A stretch of DNA of 64,000 nt. Source: a candidate division WOR-3 bacterium. GTDB taxonomy: Bacteria > Hydrothermota > Tepidihabitantia > Tepidihabitantales > Tepidihabitantaceae. Below, one piece after another: positions 49,099 to 58,939 of the stretch (positions are counted from its first letter, which is position 1; every line of letters begins with the position of its first letter). Location: the NCBI GenBank assembly GCA_026418295.1, contig JAOABP010000002.1:162367-226366 (forward strand), in the 5' to 3' direction. Both the position numbers and the translations under genes were made by a program. The notes beneath the pieces are model-generated. The model was not told the origin of the DNA, did no database searches, and worked only from the letters and a program-made list of their open reading frames with translations.

Positions 49099-50567
49099 AA
49101 ACCTGCCTGGTAAATCACCTTGCCCGTTTTAAAAGTTGCAATGATCCGGGTCTGGGTATCAATTCTTGGATCAGCACTGGTAATTACAAGATCAGCTTCC
49201 ATCCCGGGTTTAAGGCTGCCAATCCGATCTTCCATTTTCAGAGAATAGGCGGCATTTGCTGTGAAGAGGGCTAATGCTTCTGACGAACTCAGTCTTTCGT
49301 TCATATTAGGTAGCGAAGTAGCGGCTCTGATGCCGAACAGCGGATTGAGCGGAGTTACAGGTGCATCTGAACCGCCCGCGAGCATAACACCGGATTTGAG
49401 CAGTGTCTGATAAGGGTTGGTCATATGCCAGCGATTGCCGAGACGTTTGGCATACATATTGTCTGGACCGCCCCAGAGAAGTTCGAACGCCGGCTGGACA
49501 CAGAGTATCAGCTTCAATTTGCTTATGCGATTGATCAATTCCGGGCTCAGCAGTTCTGCATGTTCTATCCGGTGACGGAGCGATTCTGCAGTTTGCCCGA
49601 CAAGTTGCTCATGACAGCGCACCAGCTGTTCAATTGCCCGGTCGCCAATGGCATGAAAAGCGGTCTGAAGATTCAGACGGGTTGCATGGCGTAGAAATTC
49701 AAGGATCTTGCTGTCGCTATGATAAAGGATTCCGCTGAATCCGGGTGCGTCGGCGTACTCTTCGGATAGGGCAGCGGTGTGGGACCCAAATGACCCATCG
49801 AGCAGCAAGCATCCTCCAATCCGTGACAATTTGAACCGACCTGGCAGCTCAACATTCCATGTTTGCATAAATGGCACCATGCGAACTTCAGCACATTCAA
49901 GCGCATTCAGAACAATCTGCCATTCCGATTCGTCCATTTCCGGTGTTCCCACCATTGCCGCCATTGTAGTAATACCAGCACGGGCAGCATCTTTTGCAGC
50001 AAGCCGCAAGGCAGTCGTGAGCACTTCGGTTGGCAGTTGCCGTTTTATTTTACCTGAGAGTGCTTCATAGGCGGGGCCAAAGACTAAACCGGTAGGATTA
50101 CCGGCACCATCAAATTCAATCCCTTCCGGCGATTGTGATGAGAGCATGTGTAACGCAGGCGTGTTTGCAATTCCGGAATGACCATCAATGCGGTAGACAA
50201 AAATCGGTTTTGTTCGGGTCAGCCGGTCAAGTTCCCGTCGATAAAGATAGCGGTGTTCCCGGATTTGCTCCGGATTAAAGTTAAACGCTAAAAGTAAAGG
50301 CAATTCCGCCTTGTGATTGAGGGTTTCAGAAAGCAGTTCGAGAGCTTCACTCACCGAACGGGCAGGGGAGAGGTCGGGGAAGAGTTTTGTCAATCCATAT
50401 TCTATCGGATGAGTATGGCTGTCAATAAATCCCGGCAGTATGAAATTATCCGATTCACATCGCTCTAATGGCACCAGCGCCGTAATTATTCCGTTGTCGA
50501 TGATTATTTTGCCAGGAAATGCGGTAGCTGAAGGGGTTGGAATTAAGTAACCGGACAATGTCTCCAT
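49089..50567 (-). CDS. Amidohydrolase family 3 (YtcJ-like)
   Basis: PGFIDSHTH, DGSFGSHTA, HAIGD, RIEHAE, GSDAP. Confidence 0.85.
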   Translation of the reverse strand: METLSGYLIPTPSATAFPGKIIIDNGIITALVPLERCESDNFILPGFIDSHTHPIEYGLTKLFPDLSPARSVSEALELLSETLNHKAELPLLLAFNFNPEQIREHRYLYRRELDRLTRTKPIFVYRIDGHSGIANTPALHMLSSQSPEGIEFDGAGNPTGLVFGPAYEALSGKIKRQLPTEVLTTALRLAAKDAARAGITTMAAMVGTPEMDESEWQIVLNALECAEVRMVPFMQTWNVELPGRFKLSRIGGCLLLDGSFGSHTAALSEEYADAPGFSGILYHSDSKILEFLRHATRLNLQTAFHAIGDRAIEQLVRCHEQLVGQTAESLRHRIEHAELLSPELINRISKLKLILCVQPAFELLWGGPDNMYAKRLGNRWHMTNPYQTLLKSGVMLAGGSDAPVTPLNPLFGIRAATSLPNMNERLSSSEALALFTANAAYSLKMEDRIGSLKPGMEADLVITSADPRIDTQTRIIATFKTGKVIYQAGLWQ

Positions 50568-50580
50568 TTTCCTGACCTGT

Positions 50581-51921
50581 TCAATAGCGAATCAGTTTTG
50601 CAATTATTTCAACATGAGTAGTTTGGGGAAACATATCAAGCGGCTCTACTGATTCACACCGGTAACCCGATTGCTCCAGAACTGCCAGATCACGGGCAAG
50701 AGTCGCAGGATTGCAGGATACGTAAATTAACATCTTGGGCCTCAACGCGGTTACTTTTTTAAGCGTTTCCGGATTACACCCCTTTCGGGGAGGATCGATT
50801 ATGACAACATCCGCCTGTTCCAGGCTGGCAATTATACGGTTGACATCATCATTGATAAAAGTAACATTTCCTGCTTGATTTATCTCGGCGTTAAATCTCG
50901 CATCATTTACTGCTGCAGGTTCAATTTCGACAGCGGTTACACTTTTAACCATTGAAGCGAGAACGATACTGAGCATACCGACACCGCAAAATAGATCAAG
51001 CACGGTTTCAGTGCCCTGAGGTGATATCAGATCGATTAATTTCCGGCAGAGTTCCTGAGCCTGATGGGGATTAACCTGAAAAAAAGACTGGGAGGAAATT
51101 CTGAATTTGCGGTTGAGGATAATTTGGAAAGTATGGTCTGCTCCCGATAACTTAATCGCCTCCGGACCAAGAATCCGATTTGTTTTATCAGGATTGATAT
51201 TCTGTACTACACCGAGTACTGTTGGTAACGAAGCGATTGCGGAAATAAGTCGCCGGTCCAGTTGCTTGGTTCGAGTAACAAAGATGACCAGAATTCTGTG
51301 ATCGTAATTCTCGCGCAATATGATATGCCGGATATTTCCCTGGTGAGCAATTTCATCATAAGGCTTTTCCCGGGCGGCAGCGATGGTGTCTAACAACCGG
51401 CGCCGGATTTCATTGAACGATGACGGATGAAGATAACAAATCGGAATATCAAGCAGATGGTGTGTGCCTTTCTGGAAAAAGCCGATTTTTATTTCTCCAT
51501 TAAGCCGTACCGGATACTGCGTCTTGATGCGGTAATGCCACGCGGGCCCCGGATTTCTTATATTGCTAACGGGAAGAAAGATTTTCCCGATATGCTGGAG
51601 TGCATCGTTAACCAGCATTTTTTTAATTACCAGCTGGCCGGTATAATCAATATGCTGAAGCTGGCAACCACCACACAGGCCGTAGAATTGACAACGTGGT
51701 TCAGTGCGCAGGGGGGAAGGTTGAATGATTTCTTCAATCTCGGCAACGGCATAATCTCTTTTTTTCTGAATAATTCTGGCGTGCACTCTTTCCTCAGGAG
51801 CGGCAAAACGGACAAATACCTTTAATCCGTTCCATGTGGCAATTCCATCTCCGCCGTATGTCAGCCGGTCAATCCGAAGTTCAACCCGTTCTCCAGTCGA
51901 ACCGATTGAACGGGTTACCAT
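50581..51921 (-). CDS. rlmD: 23S rRNA m5U methyltransferase RlmD/TrmA family
   Basis: TRAM domain, CGGCQLQH, SFFQVN, DPPRKG, YVSCNPATLARD, DMFPQTTHVE. Confidence 0.9.
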   Translation of the reverse strand: MVTRSIGSTGERVELRIDRLTYGGDGIATWNGLKVFVRFAAPEERVHARIIQKKRDYAVAEIEEIIQPSPLRTEPRCQFYGLCGGCQLQHIDYTGQLVIKKMLVNDALQHIGKIFLPVSNIRNPGPAWHYRIKTQYPVRLNGEIKIGFFQKGTHHLLDIPICYLHPSSFNEIRRRLLDTIAAAREKPYDEIAHQGNIRHIILRENYDHRILVIFVTRTKQLDRRLISAIASLPTVLGVVQNINPDKTNRILGPEAIKLSGADHTFQIILNRKFRISSQSFFQVNPHQAQELCRKLIDLISPQGTETVLDLFCGVGMLSIVLASMVKSVTAVEIEPAAVNDARFNAEINQAGNVTFINDDVNRIIASLEQADVVIIDPPRKGCNPETLKKVTALRPKMLIYVSCNPATLARDLAVLEQSGYRCESVEPLDMFPQTTHVEIIAKLIRY

Positions 51922-52400
51922 GCGGTTACGATCTGGCGGACAATTTCCTGCGCTAATTTACCGATTGCTTCTGTAATCGCTGCCTCATCAGTTTTTGTCG
52001 CGGGATCATAGGAAATGCGACTGGTCACCGTACCCGAATAAAAAGGTTCGTTCCGGCTCTGGTCATGAACATCGACCTGTGCGGAAACAGTAATTTCATA
52101 TGCTATGATATTCTGTGCGGCATCATAAGCATTGGCAGTGCGGGAAAATCCGTTTATCAATACTTGAAGAATAAGGTCCGACTGATCAAGACTGCTTATC
52201 CGGAGATTACGATCAGAATTAAATGCTACCGGAAGCTTCAGAAGCAGTTCTTCAGCAAGTCCGGGTTGCGTGGTCGAGTTTTCAACAGACTTCAGGGCGA
52301 TTGTCCGAACATGAGAGGGCAGAAAAGAACGGGCAGAATAACCGCATCCATTAACTGCGATAAAAACTACCGCCCATTTTACAAGTTGCCGGCAAACCAT
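51915..52400 (-). CDS. lptE: LptE-family lipoprotein
   Basis: Lipobox ..VNGC followed by GYS, LPSHVRTI, EN.T; C-terminal W. Confidence 0.75.
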   Translation of the reverse strand: MVCRQLVKWAVVFIAVNGCGYSARSFLPSHVRTIALKSVENSTTQPGLAEELLLKLPVAFNSDRNLRISSLDQSDLILQVLINGFSRTANAYDAAQNIIAYEITVSAQVDVHDQSRNEPFYSGTVTSRISYDPATKTDEAAITEAIGKLAQEIVRQIVTAW

Positions 52401-52412
52401 TAGGTCAGGAGT

Positions 52413-53192
52413 CTACTGTTTCAGCTTGCTGGCGATCAATTCCGCAACTTTCTGTCCCGATAATAACATACCTCCGAATATCGGTCCCATTCGGGGACCG
52501 CCCAAAACTGCATTTGCAGCCATGCCCGCTACCCAGAGTCCAGGATAGATTTCTCTGGTGTTTTCAACGGTTAACTGCTCAGCACGTTCTGCCCACATCG
52601 GACCTTCGCCTTCAATATTGCCCGATGGGGTGGGAAGAGTCACCTTGGCTTTGCGTACCAAGTGATGAACGAGTTCGGCCGCGTGACCGGTAGCATCAAC
52701 GACTGCTTTGGCAGCAATTGTCAAAGGATCAACATGAAGATGGGCCAGCTCTACTGCGCTCCAGTTGATAACCAAACCGGAAACTTTGCGATCAACCAGC
52801 AGAAGGTCCTCGACACTCATGAGATTGAAAATCTTAACTCCAGAACGGGCTACCTTTACGAGTAATGCCCCCAGTAATTCTAAAGCATCAGCAACAAAGT
52901 ATCCGGGTCGCTGTTCAACGAAATTAACCCCCAGCTCATTAATAATAGTGAGTGCATCAGCTTGAATAACTATTTCAGAAAACATCATTCCCCCGCCGGT
53001 TAACCCGCCGCCAGGTTTGAGACCGCGTTCAAAAACGACCGTCTTCAGGCCCCGCTCAGCAATTTTCCAGGCGGCGGTTAAACCTGATGGTCCGGCACCG
53101 ACAATAGCAACATCCGAGGCGACATTGTCGAGGAATCGAGAATAGAACCGTTCAACAATTGCCCTTGTTATTTCTGTTTCGATGATACTCAT
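52413..53192 (-). CDS. thi4: Sulfide-dependent adenosine diphosphate thiazole synthase (Thi4 family)
   Basis: GAGPSGL, GGGMMF, HVDP (His variant), DATGH, RMGPIFGGM..SG. Confidence 0.9.
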   Translation of the reverse strand: MSIIETEITRAIVERFYSRFLDNVASDVAIVGAGPSGLTAAWKIAERGLKTVVFERGLKPGGGLTGGGMMFSEIVIQADALTIINELGVNFVEQRPGYFVADALELLGALLVKVARSGVKIFNLMSVEDLLLVDRKVSGLVINWSAVELAHLHVDPLTIAAKAVVDATGHAAELVHHLVRKAKVTLPTPSGNIEGEGPMWAERAEQLTVENTREIYPGLWVAGMAANAVLGGPRMGPIFGGMLLSGQKVAELIASKLKQ

Positions 53193-53267
53193 ATTACTAT
53201 ATCCTAAGCAGTGTTAATATCAAGTCAAGATAGCCCATCATAACATTGTACGTACTTTAAATTCACA

Positions 53268-53295
53268 TTGACACAATAAAATGAGGTGGTATAAT
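53268..53295 (+). promoter_or_regulatory. Near-consensus sigma70 promoter (TTGACA-16-TATAAT, extended TG)
   Basis: Read directly from sequence; 7 nt upstream of ATG 53303. Confidence 0.7.
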
Positions 53296-53302
53296 GGAAC
53301 AA

Positions 53303-53722
53303 ATGCAAAATGATGCCAGTGCACCCGGAAATCCAATCCCGATGGAAATAAGGATGCTGGCAGCATTTGGTTATCTGCCGATGCTGTTTATTTTACCATT
53401 AATCTTCGGACAACGATATCGATTCAGTAGATTCCACGGATTTCAGAGCCTCTTTCTGCTTATCGGATTGGCACTTATCTGGATTGCGATATTTCTCGTG
53501 GATGTGCTTTTGGGAAATGTTTTGGGAAAGATAATTCTTCTGGGGTTCATATTCAAAGCAACTGCCTGGATCATTCATAACCTGGTGGGCACTGTAATTT
53601 CCATTATTTATCTGATTTTAACCGTGTACTGTTTTGTTCAAGCCGCTGCGGGGCAGGAATGGAGAATTCCGGTAGTCGGTATTCTGGCTCAGAAGTCAGT
53701 AAATTACAATTTTAACAAATAA
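53303..53722 (+). CDS. DUF4870/Tic20-like membrane protein
   Basis: LAAFGYL, RFHGFQSL, A.GQEWRIPVVG. ATG 53303 is preferred because ATG 53294 overlaps the -10 box. Confidence 0.7.
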   Translation: MQNDASAPGNPIPMEIRMLAAFGYLPMLFILPLIFGQRYRFSRFHGFQSLFLLIGLALIWIAIFLVDVLLGNVLGKIILLGFIFKATAWIIHNLVGTVISIIYLILTVYCFVQAAAGQEWRIPVVGILAQKSVNYNFNK

Positions 53723-53732
53723 AGGAGGATAA

Positions 53733-54083
53733 ATGGAAGAGAGAAAGAATGAAGTAGTAAGCGGGAGCAGTGATGAGATTGAGAAGGGAAAAGGATTGGC
53801 ATGGCTTTCTTATATCGGGATTCTTTGGCTCGTACCACTGCTGGCGATGAAGGAAAATAACTTCTGCAAGTTCCACGTAAAACAGGGAATTATACTCACA
53901 ATATGGTTTTTTGTGATCGGTATTGTCGGTTCGATACCATTTATTGGCTGGTTTATAATTCTCCCTATTGGAACCATCTTCGGATTGATCTTGGCAATAA
54001 TAGGAATCATAAATGCTGCCCAGGGAAAATACTGGCAGATGCCACTATTCGGCAAACTGGCACAAAACTGGTTCAAATTTTAA
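53733..54083 (+). CDS. DUF4870/Tic20-like membrane protein (paralogue)
   Basis: AWLSY, KFHVKQG, GIINAAQG...MPLFG; SD AAGGAGG. Confidence 0.75.
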   Translation: MEERKNEVVSGSSDEIEKGKGLAWLSYIGILWLVPLLAMKENNFCKFHVKQGIILTIWFFVIGIVGSIPFIGWFIILPIGTIFGLILAIIGIINAAQGKYWQMPLFGKLAQNWFKF

Positions 54084-54093
54084 CCGGCCCCTT

Positions 54094-54121
54094 ATTTCTG
54101 ATAATAAATATTATGTAAACT
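54094..54121 (+). other. dif site (XerC/XerD chromosome dimer resolution site)
   Basis: ATTTCTGATAA-TAAATA-TTATGTAAACT has the 11-6-11 architecture; the right arm matches the conserved XerD-type arm TTATGT(A/T)AA; intergenic between convergent genes. Confidence 0.88.
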
Positions 54122-54156
54122 AAATAACGGCTGTGCAGTGAGGAGGCAACAGGTTC

Positions 54157-55194
54157 TCAGGCCTGATTGTTAAGTAATTTTTTATAGTTTTTAATCAGCT
54201 CTTCCCCGCACTGCTCCCAGGTGTAGTTGTTGTAAATATGGTCACGGAGTGCATGAGTCTTGGGCATATTTAATGATTTTTCAAGAGCGCTTTCAATAGA
54301 CGCTGGTGAATATGGATTTAAATAATTTGCGTAGTCACCAAAATATTCTTGGGTTCCGCCATATTTCGTAATGCATACTTTTGCGCCTGCGATCCCTGCT
54401 TCAAGCGCTGCAAGCCCCGGAGTTTCGAACAATGAAGGCAGTATAAATGTATCACAGGCAGCGTATGCCGACTTAAGTATTTCCGAGTCATGTTCAACAG
54501 TAGAAAGCAGTTTAATTGACCGGGAGCGTTCGATTATTTCCAGACAGCGACGGGCATAGTTGGTATTCAGTACCGGCCCGATAATTACGGAAGGTATGCT
54601 TTTCTTATCTAATATTTTTAGAAGTGGGAGCAGGTTTTTTCGTCCCAAGCCGATATGGCCGACATATAATACAAAATCTTTAATACCGAATTCCTGCACG
54701 AATCGCTCCGGGGATGCGTAGAAAAAGCTTTTATCCACTCCATTGGGAACCTTGGCCGTTTTAGCCGCATCAATTCGCAGCCCCCGGGTAATTAAATTCC
54801 TCTCGGCTTCTGTATTTACAAGGATCAAATCTGCCATCTGGCATAGTTCCCGGCAGAACTGAGTTTCAGTCCAGATCCCCCCCATTTTTCTTAAAATTCC
54901 CGAGGCGAGAGCATTAAGCCTAAGTTGGAGATTATGATGCGTGCTGTAGAAAACCGGTGTTAATACGAACTTTGCTCCCAGCATTTTTATTGATCTGCCT
55001 AAATGGTACGTGCCATTATGAGCTGCAAAAAGGTGAAAGAAATCGTAATCGGTAAGGTTGTATTTCTTCCAGGGGTTGAACAATTCGATTTCTATGTTCT
55101 TTGTTTTGAGAACCCGGGCAGTTGAGGCGATTTGTATATCAACCCCGCCACCAAGTATCTTGATCGAAGAAAATGAGCCTATGAGGACCTTCAT
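54157..55194 (-). CDS. GT4 glycosyltransferase
   Basis: VPNGVD, VG....RKN, PSLFETPGLAALEA. Confidence 0.85.
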   Translation of the reverse strand: MKVLIGSFSSIKILGGGVDIQIASTARVLKTKNIEIELFNPWKKYNLTDYDFFHLFAAHNGTYHLGRSIKMLGAKFVLTPVFYSTHHNLQLRLNALASGILRKMGGIWTETQFCRELCQMADLILVNTEAERNLITRGLRIDAAKTAKVPNGVDKSFFYASPERFVQEFGIKDFVLYVGHIGLGRKNLLPLLKILDKKSIPSVIIGPVLNTNYARRCLEIIERSRSIKLLSTVEHDSEILKSAYAACDTFILPSLFETPGLAALEAGIAGAKVCITKYGGTQEYFGDYANYLNPYSPASIESALEKSLNMPKTHALRDHIYNNYTWEQCGEELIKNYKKLLNNQA

Positions 55195-56693
55195 TCTAAA
55201 TCCCCTCCGAGCATGCGCAGATCACGCAATTGCTGTCTGAAACGGCGGAGGTGGTTTTTTAACTTCCACGCGGGTGTTTCGTGTCTGATTTTTGCGATAT
55301 CCGCAGGACAGGATTTCTTTTCTACCGGTGTCCAATTGAGTGCAGTAAGTGAATATTTTCCAGAAACATATGGAACTCGGGCAATAAACTCATTCAATTC
55401 TATAACCAGTTCGAGTTCCGGATTGGATTCGGTTACCTCAATTTCCAAATTCTGTTCGCTGACACGACATTGGTATTTTGATTTTTCTCTCTTCGCCCAC
55501 CATTCAGCAAATTGAGTCATTGATATCCAGCGTCCGCACTGACGGATTCCGTATTCGACGATCTCTTTTATCACTCTTGGAAACCTGATTATTGTCTGCG
55601 GGTGATCGTACAGGAAACACGGTTCGTTTCGTGCAACCTGCAAATCAATGATATTTTTATAATACTCAATCATTGCATCTTCATTCATGCCGGCAGCAAT
55701 AAGTCTTCCGAGTGATATCGGATGAACCGGAACCTGAAGCACCGGATTGTATGTTCCCTCAATTACCGGCCTTGATGGTAAATCGTCATAAGCATAGCAG
55801 AATTCGCTCGAATAAGAAAACCCCAGTTTCGCAAAGGCAGTTGCAATTGCCCGATGCCACTCACCATAAGGTGCAGCAACACCAGATGGTTTCAGATTCA
55901 TAAGCATCATTTTTTTCAATCCATTATAATAATTTGCGATATTCCGCTTTATATCGGGGTATACAACATGGTAATGGCAATGGAGCTGGACATCCTGGTC
56001 GGAAAGAAGCTTGGTGAAAATCGGCGCTTCGTTTACAGTCACTTCTGAAGTCATTATAAACCAGGTCCATGACATTCCGAAACTTTCGGGGATCGTCAGA
56101 CATTTTTCGATGATTTTAAGCGGTGCATAGTCAGTGTCAACGCGGAACCCAAATATTGATCTGCAACCTGCCGGTGCATAGGAAAGGTGGATGTAAGGAA
56201 GATTTTTCTGATTTAAAAACATGCGCAGGCTGGCAGCGATTAATCTTCTAACCCCTCCGCGATCAACACGAGCAACCGTTTCATCAGGGCATCTCCCCTG
56301 TTGAACATAGAATTTTTTCGCCTGATACCCCCGATGCCTTAATGTTAAAAACGGAGTGCAGGGAATAACCATGATTTCTCCGCCATCATAATAAACAAAT
56401 GGCAAACCGCGGTCGCTCTGTCCCAGATTGGCATTAGCCGGAATGTCGCATTGGCAGTTTATGTCAACCAGTTGCAGGTTGTAAAAATGAGGAACATTAT
56501 TTACCGTTATAAATCTCACGGGACAGCTACGACTCTTCAATTTGGCATTAGGGTTCGGTGCTGAGCTGAATACCAACTGATTGCCTTTCAGAAACACAAA
56601 TACAGCTGCGCTCTCCTTATCATTTGTCACCGGGACGCCTTCCTGTTCAAGGATGGTTTTAAGGTAGAGATCGGGATTTTCGAGATAAATCAT
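55191..56693 (-). CDS. Polysaccharide deacetylase-like (NodB/CE4 fold) protein
   Basis: FRVDTD, QLHCHYH, AAPYG, YSS, YDHP motifs; flanked by glycosyltransferases. Confidence 0.6.
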   Translation of the reverse strand: MIYLENPDLYLKTILEQEGVPVTNDKESAAVFVFLKGNQLVFSSAPNPNAKLKSRSCPVRFITVNNVPHFYNLQLVDINCQCDIPANANLGQSDRGLPFVYYDGGEIMVIPCTPFLTLRHRGYQAKKFYVQQGRCPDETVARVDRGGVRRLIAASLRMFLNQKNLPYIHLSYAPAGCRSIFGFRVDTDYAPLKIIEKCLTIPESFGMSWTWFIMTSEVTVNEAPIFTKLLSDQDVQLHCHYHVVYPDIKRNIANYYNGLKKMMLMNLKPSGVAAPYGEWHRAIATAFAKLGFSYSSEFCYAYDDLPSRPVIEGTYNPVLQVPVHPISLGRLIAAGMNEDAMIEYYKNIIDLQVARNEPCFLYDHPQTIIRFPRVIKEIVEYGIRQCGRWISMTQFAEWWAKREKSKYQCRVSEQNLEIEVTESNPELELVIELNEFIARVPYVSGKYSLTALNWTPVEKKSCPADIAKIRHETPAWKLKNHLRRFRQQLRDLRMLGGDLE

Positions 56694-57850
56694 AATACTG
56701 TCAGGTTCTGCTTAGCCCCATATATACTCAGAAGGACTTTTTCGGCAGTATTCCAGTTATATCGGCTTTCAGCTGCTTTTCTTCCTGCTTCTCCTCGCTC
56801 AATTGCTGCATCGGGTTCTGACAATATCTGTTCCATCATTCGGGCAATTTCTTCCGGACGAGTTGGGTCGATAAGCCAGCCACATTCAGCATCGTTGATT
56901 ATGCGGGCGATTTCTGGAAAGTTGCTGGCGACAATTGCGAGTCCGGCGACCATAAATTCAAAAAGTTTGCTGGGCTGGTTTGTCCAGTCGTTTCCACGTC
57001 CGGGTTGCAAAAGGATTACGCCACAGAGAGCAGTTTTTAGGAGTTCAAACACCTGTTCATATGAATCAACACGTTCAATAAACTTAATGTTGTTTTCCAA
57101 ATTGTTATTTTTGATATACGATACAACCCATTGTTCAATATCATCGCGCGGATCGAATTCGCCCCGGACGATAAGTTTTACTTCCGGAAAGCGACGCTTT
57201 ACTTTTTCCAGTGCGATTAAAAGCCGGTCAAATCCACGTGGCCGACAGATCAGCCCGGTATAAACGAACCAGGGATTTCTTGTGGTTTTATGTTTCTGAT
57301 ACGACACCAGAGGTGCGTAATTCGGCACAATGTTCACCACTGCTTTGCGTCTTCGAAAACGCAGTGCCCTCAAACGGTTAGTTTCGATTATCGCGTCTGC
57401 CTTTCTGACCGCCTGATATTCAAGATAGCTGATAAGTAACCAGCCAAGTATCCTGATAAATACTGGTAAATCAGTTCTGTCCAGATATTGACGGGGAAAC
57501 CACTCGCTGGATTCGTAGACAACTTTTATGCGAGGCCTGTAAGTTTTGATATGCAGACCGACAGCCAGACACCAGGGGTCAATACAATGATAAACATCGG
57601 CATTCTCTTGCCAAGCTAACCGGGCAATCTCCCGGAGCGTTCTGATTTTCTTAATCTGCCACCTTTCGGGTACAGCAATGACTTTTATTCCTCTGGAATA
57701 AAAAATATGGGTATTGTATTTATTTCCCAGTCCGATAACAGTAACCTTGAATCCTGCCTGGAAGAGAGATTGAGCCTCGCGATCAAGAAATCTGCTGTAA
57801 TCTGCCGGATAAGAGGAAGTAAGGAGGCAGACATGTTTAATTGCGGTCAT
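56690..57850 (-). CDS. GT4 glycosyltransferase
   Basis: DVYHCID, YTG....RG, PSKLFEFMVAG, SNFP, YNW. Confidence 0.85.
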   Translation of the reverse strand: MTAIKHVCLLTSSYPADYSRFLDREAQSLFQAGFKVTVIGLGNKYNTHIFYSRGIKVIAVPERWQIKKIRTLREIARLAWQENADVYHCIDPWCLAVGLHIKTYRPRIKVVYESSEWFPRQYLDRTDLPVFIRILGWLLISYLEYQAVRKADAIIETNRLRALRFRRRKAVVNIVPNYAPLVSYQKHKTTRNPWFVYTGLICRPRGFDRLLIALEKVKRRFPEVKLIVRGEFDPRDDIEQWVVSYIKNNNLENNIKFIERVDSYEQVFELLKTALCGVILLQPGRGNDWTNQPSKLFEFMVAGLAIVASNFPEIARIINDAECGWLIDPTRPEEIARMMEQILSEPDAAIERGEAGRKAAESRYNWNTAEKVLLSIYGAKQNLTVL

Positions 57851-57878
57851 GCGCTTCCAATTGCAGGAACGACACTAC

Positions 57879-58820
57879 CTAATTTTGTGGATGAACCGGT
57901 TCTGGCTGTTCTTCAGTTCCAGCCGGCAGCTGCCCTAAGGCACGAAGGCATTCCTTGGCAGTGTTGACATGAATTTCTACTGTATCCTGTGTATTAAGCG
58001 CATAGCCTCCCGCGAGTACGGGCACGACCGGTATTCCTTTCCGATGGCAGTTTTCAATCACTATCCGGTCGCGCAATGCCAGCCCCCGTTTTGTTAAACG
58101 AAGCGTCCCCAACTGATCATCGATATATGGATCCGCACCGGCTACATAGATGACAAATTGAGGTTTGTGTTCTGAAATGATCTTGGGAACCGCTGTAATC
58201 AGATGCTGGTTGTATTCTTCATCACCTGTCTCATCCTCAAGTCCTATGTCCCACGAAGAACGCTCTTTTATGGGATACAGGTGTTCCTGATGGATGGAGA
58301 ATGTGAAGACCCTTGGGTCATCCTGAAAGATGCGGGCAGTGCCGTTACCCTGATGCAGATCACAGTCAATCACCGCCACCCTTTCTATCTTCCCCTCTTT
58401 TTGTAATTTTTTAATTGCGACTGCAATATCATTGATATAGCAGAACCCCTCGGCATGGTCGGCAAAGGCATGGTGAAAACCGCCGCCAATGTGCATGGCG
58501 ATCCCGTCTTCAAGGGCAAAGTGGCAGGCGAGGATAGTTCCAGAAGTATGAAGCATATAACCATAAACAATATCCCAAGTAAGCGGTAGTTCGGAACGGA
58601 CAGTTCTTGATGTCCAGCGCAGGTTCAGGAGATCATCCACATATTCTTTAGTATGAACAAGTCGAATGTCATCGATTACCGGTTCAGGTGGCTCAAAGAA
58701 ATCCGATTCCTTTGCCAAACCGCTGCCTAAGAGGGAAGCCTTTACCAATTTGTACTTGTCGGTGGGAAATACATGGACGCCAATATTAAAATGATAGCGA
58801 TCGGAATATACAAAACGCAT
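57879..58820 (-). CDS. Zn-dependent histone-deacetylase-family protein (class IV/HDAC11-like)
   Basis: GGFHHA, GFCYIND, DCDLHQGNGT, AGADP, GGY. Confidence 0.9.
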   Translation of the reverse strand: MRFVYSDRYHFNIGVHVFPTDKYKLVKASLLGSGLAKESDFFEPPEPVIDDIRLVHTKEYVDDLLNLRWTSRTVRSELPLTWDIVYGYMLHTSGTILACHFALEDGIAMHIGGGFHHAFADHAEGFCYINDIAVAIKKLQKEGKIERVAVIDCDLHQGNGTARIFQDDPRVFTFSIHQEHLYPIKERSSWDIGLEDETGDEEYNQHLITAVPKIISEHKPQFVIYVAGADPYIDDQLGTLRLTKRGLALRDRIVIENCHRKGIPVVPVLAGGYALNTQDTVEIHVNTAKECLRALGQLPAGTEEQPEPVHPQN

Positions 58821-58829
58821 ATTCTGTAA

Positions 58830-58858
58830 ATTTTAGACTGGATCTACTCTAATGTCAA
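58830..58858 (-). promoter_or_regulatory. Sigma70 promoter (TTGACA-17-TAAAAT) for the HDAC-GT operon
   Basis: Read directly from sequence; 9 nt upstream of ATG. Confidence 0.65.
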
Positions 58859-58939
58859 TGGAAAACAGCGCTGAGTTTTATCTGCCACACCTCTTGAGCA
58901 GAATTTGCACTGGAGCAATTTTAAAATAATATAATATTA

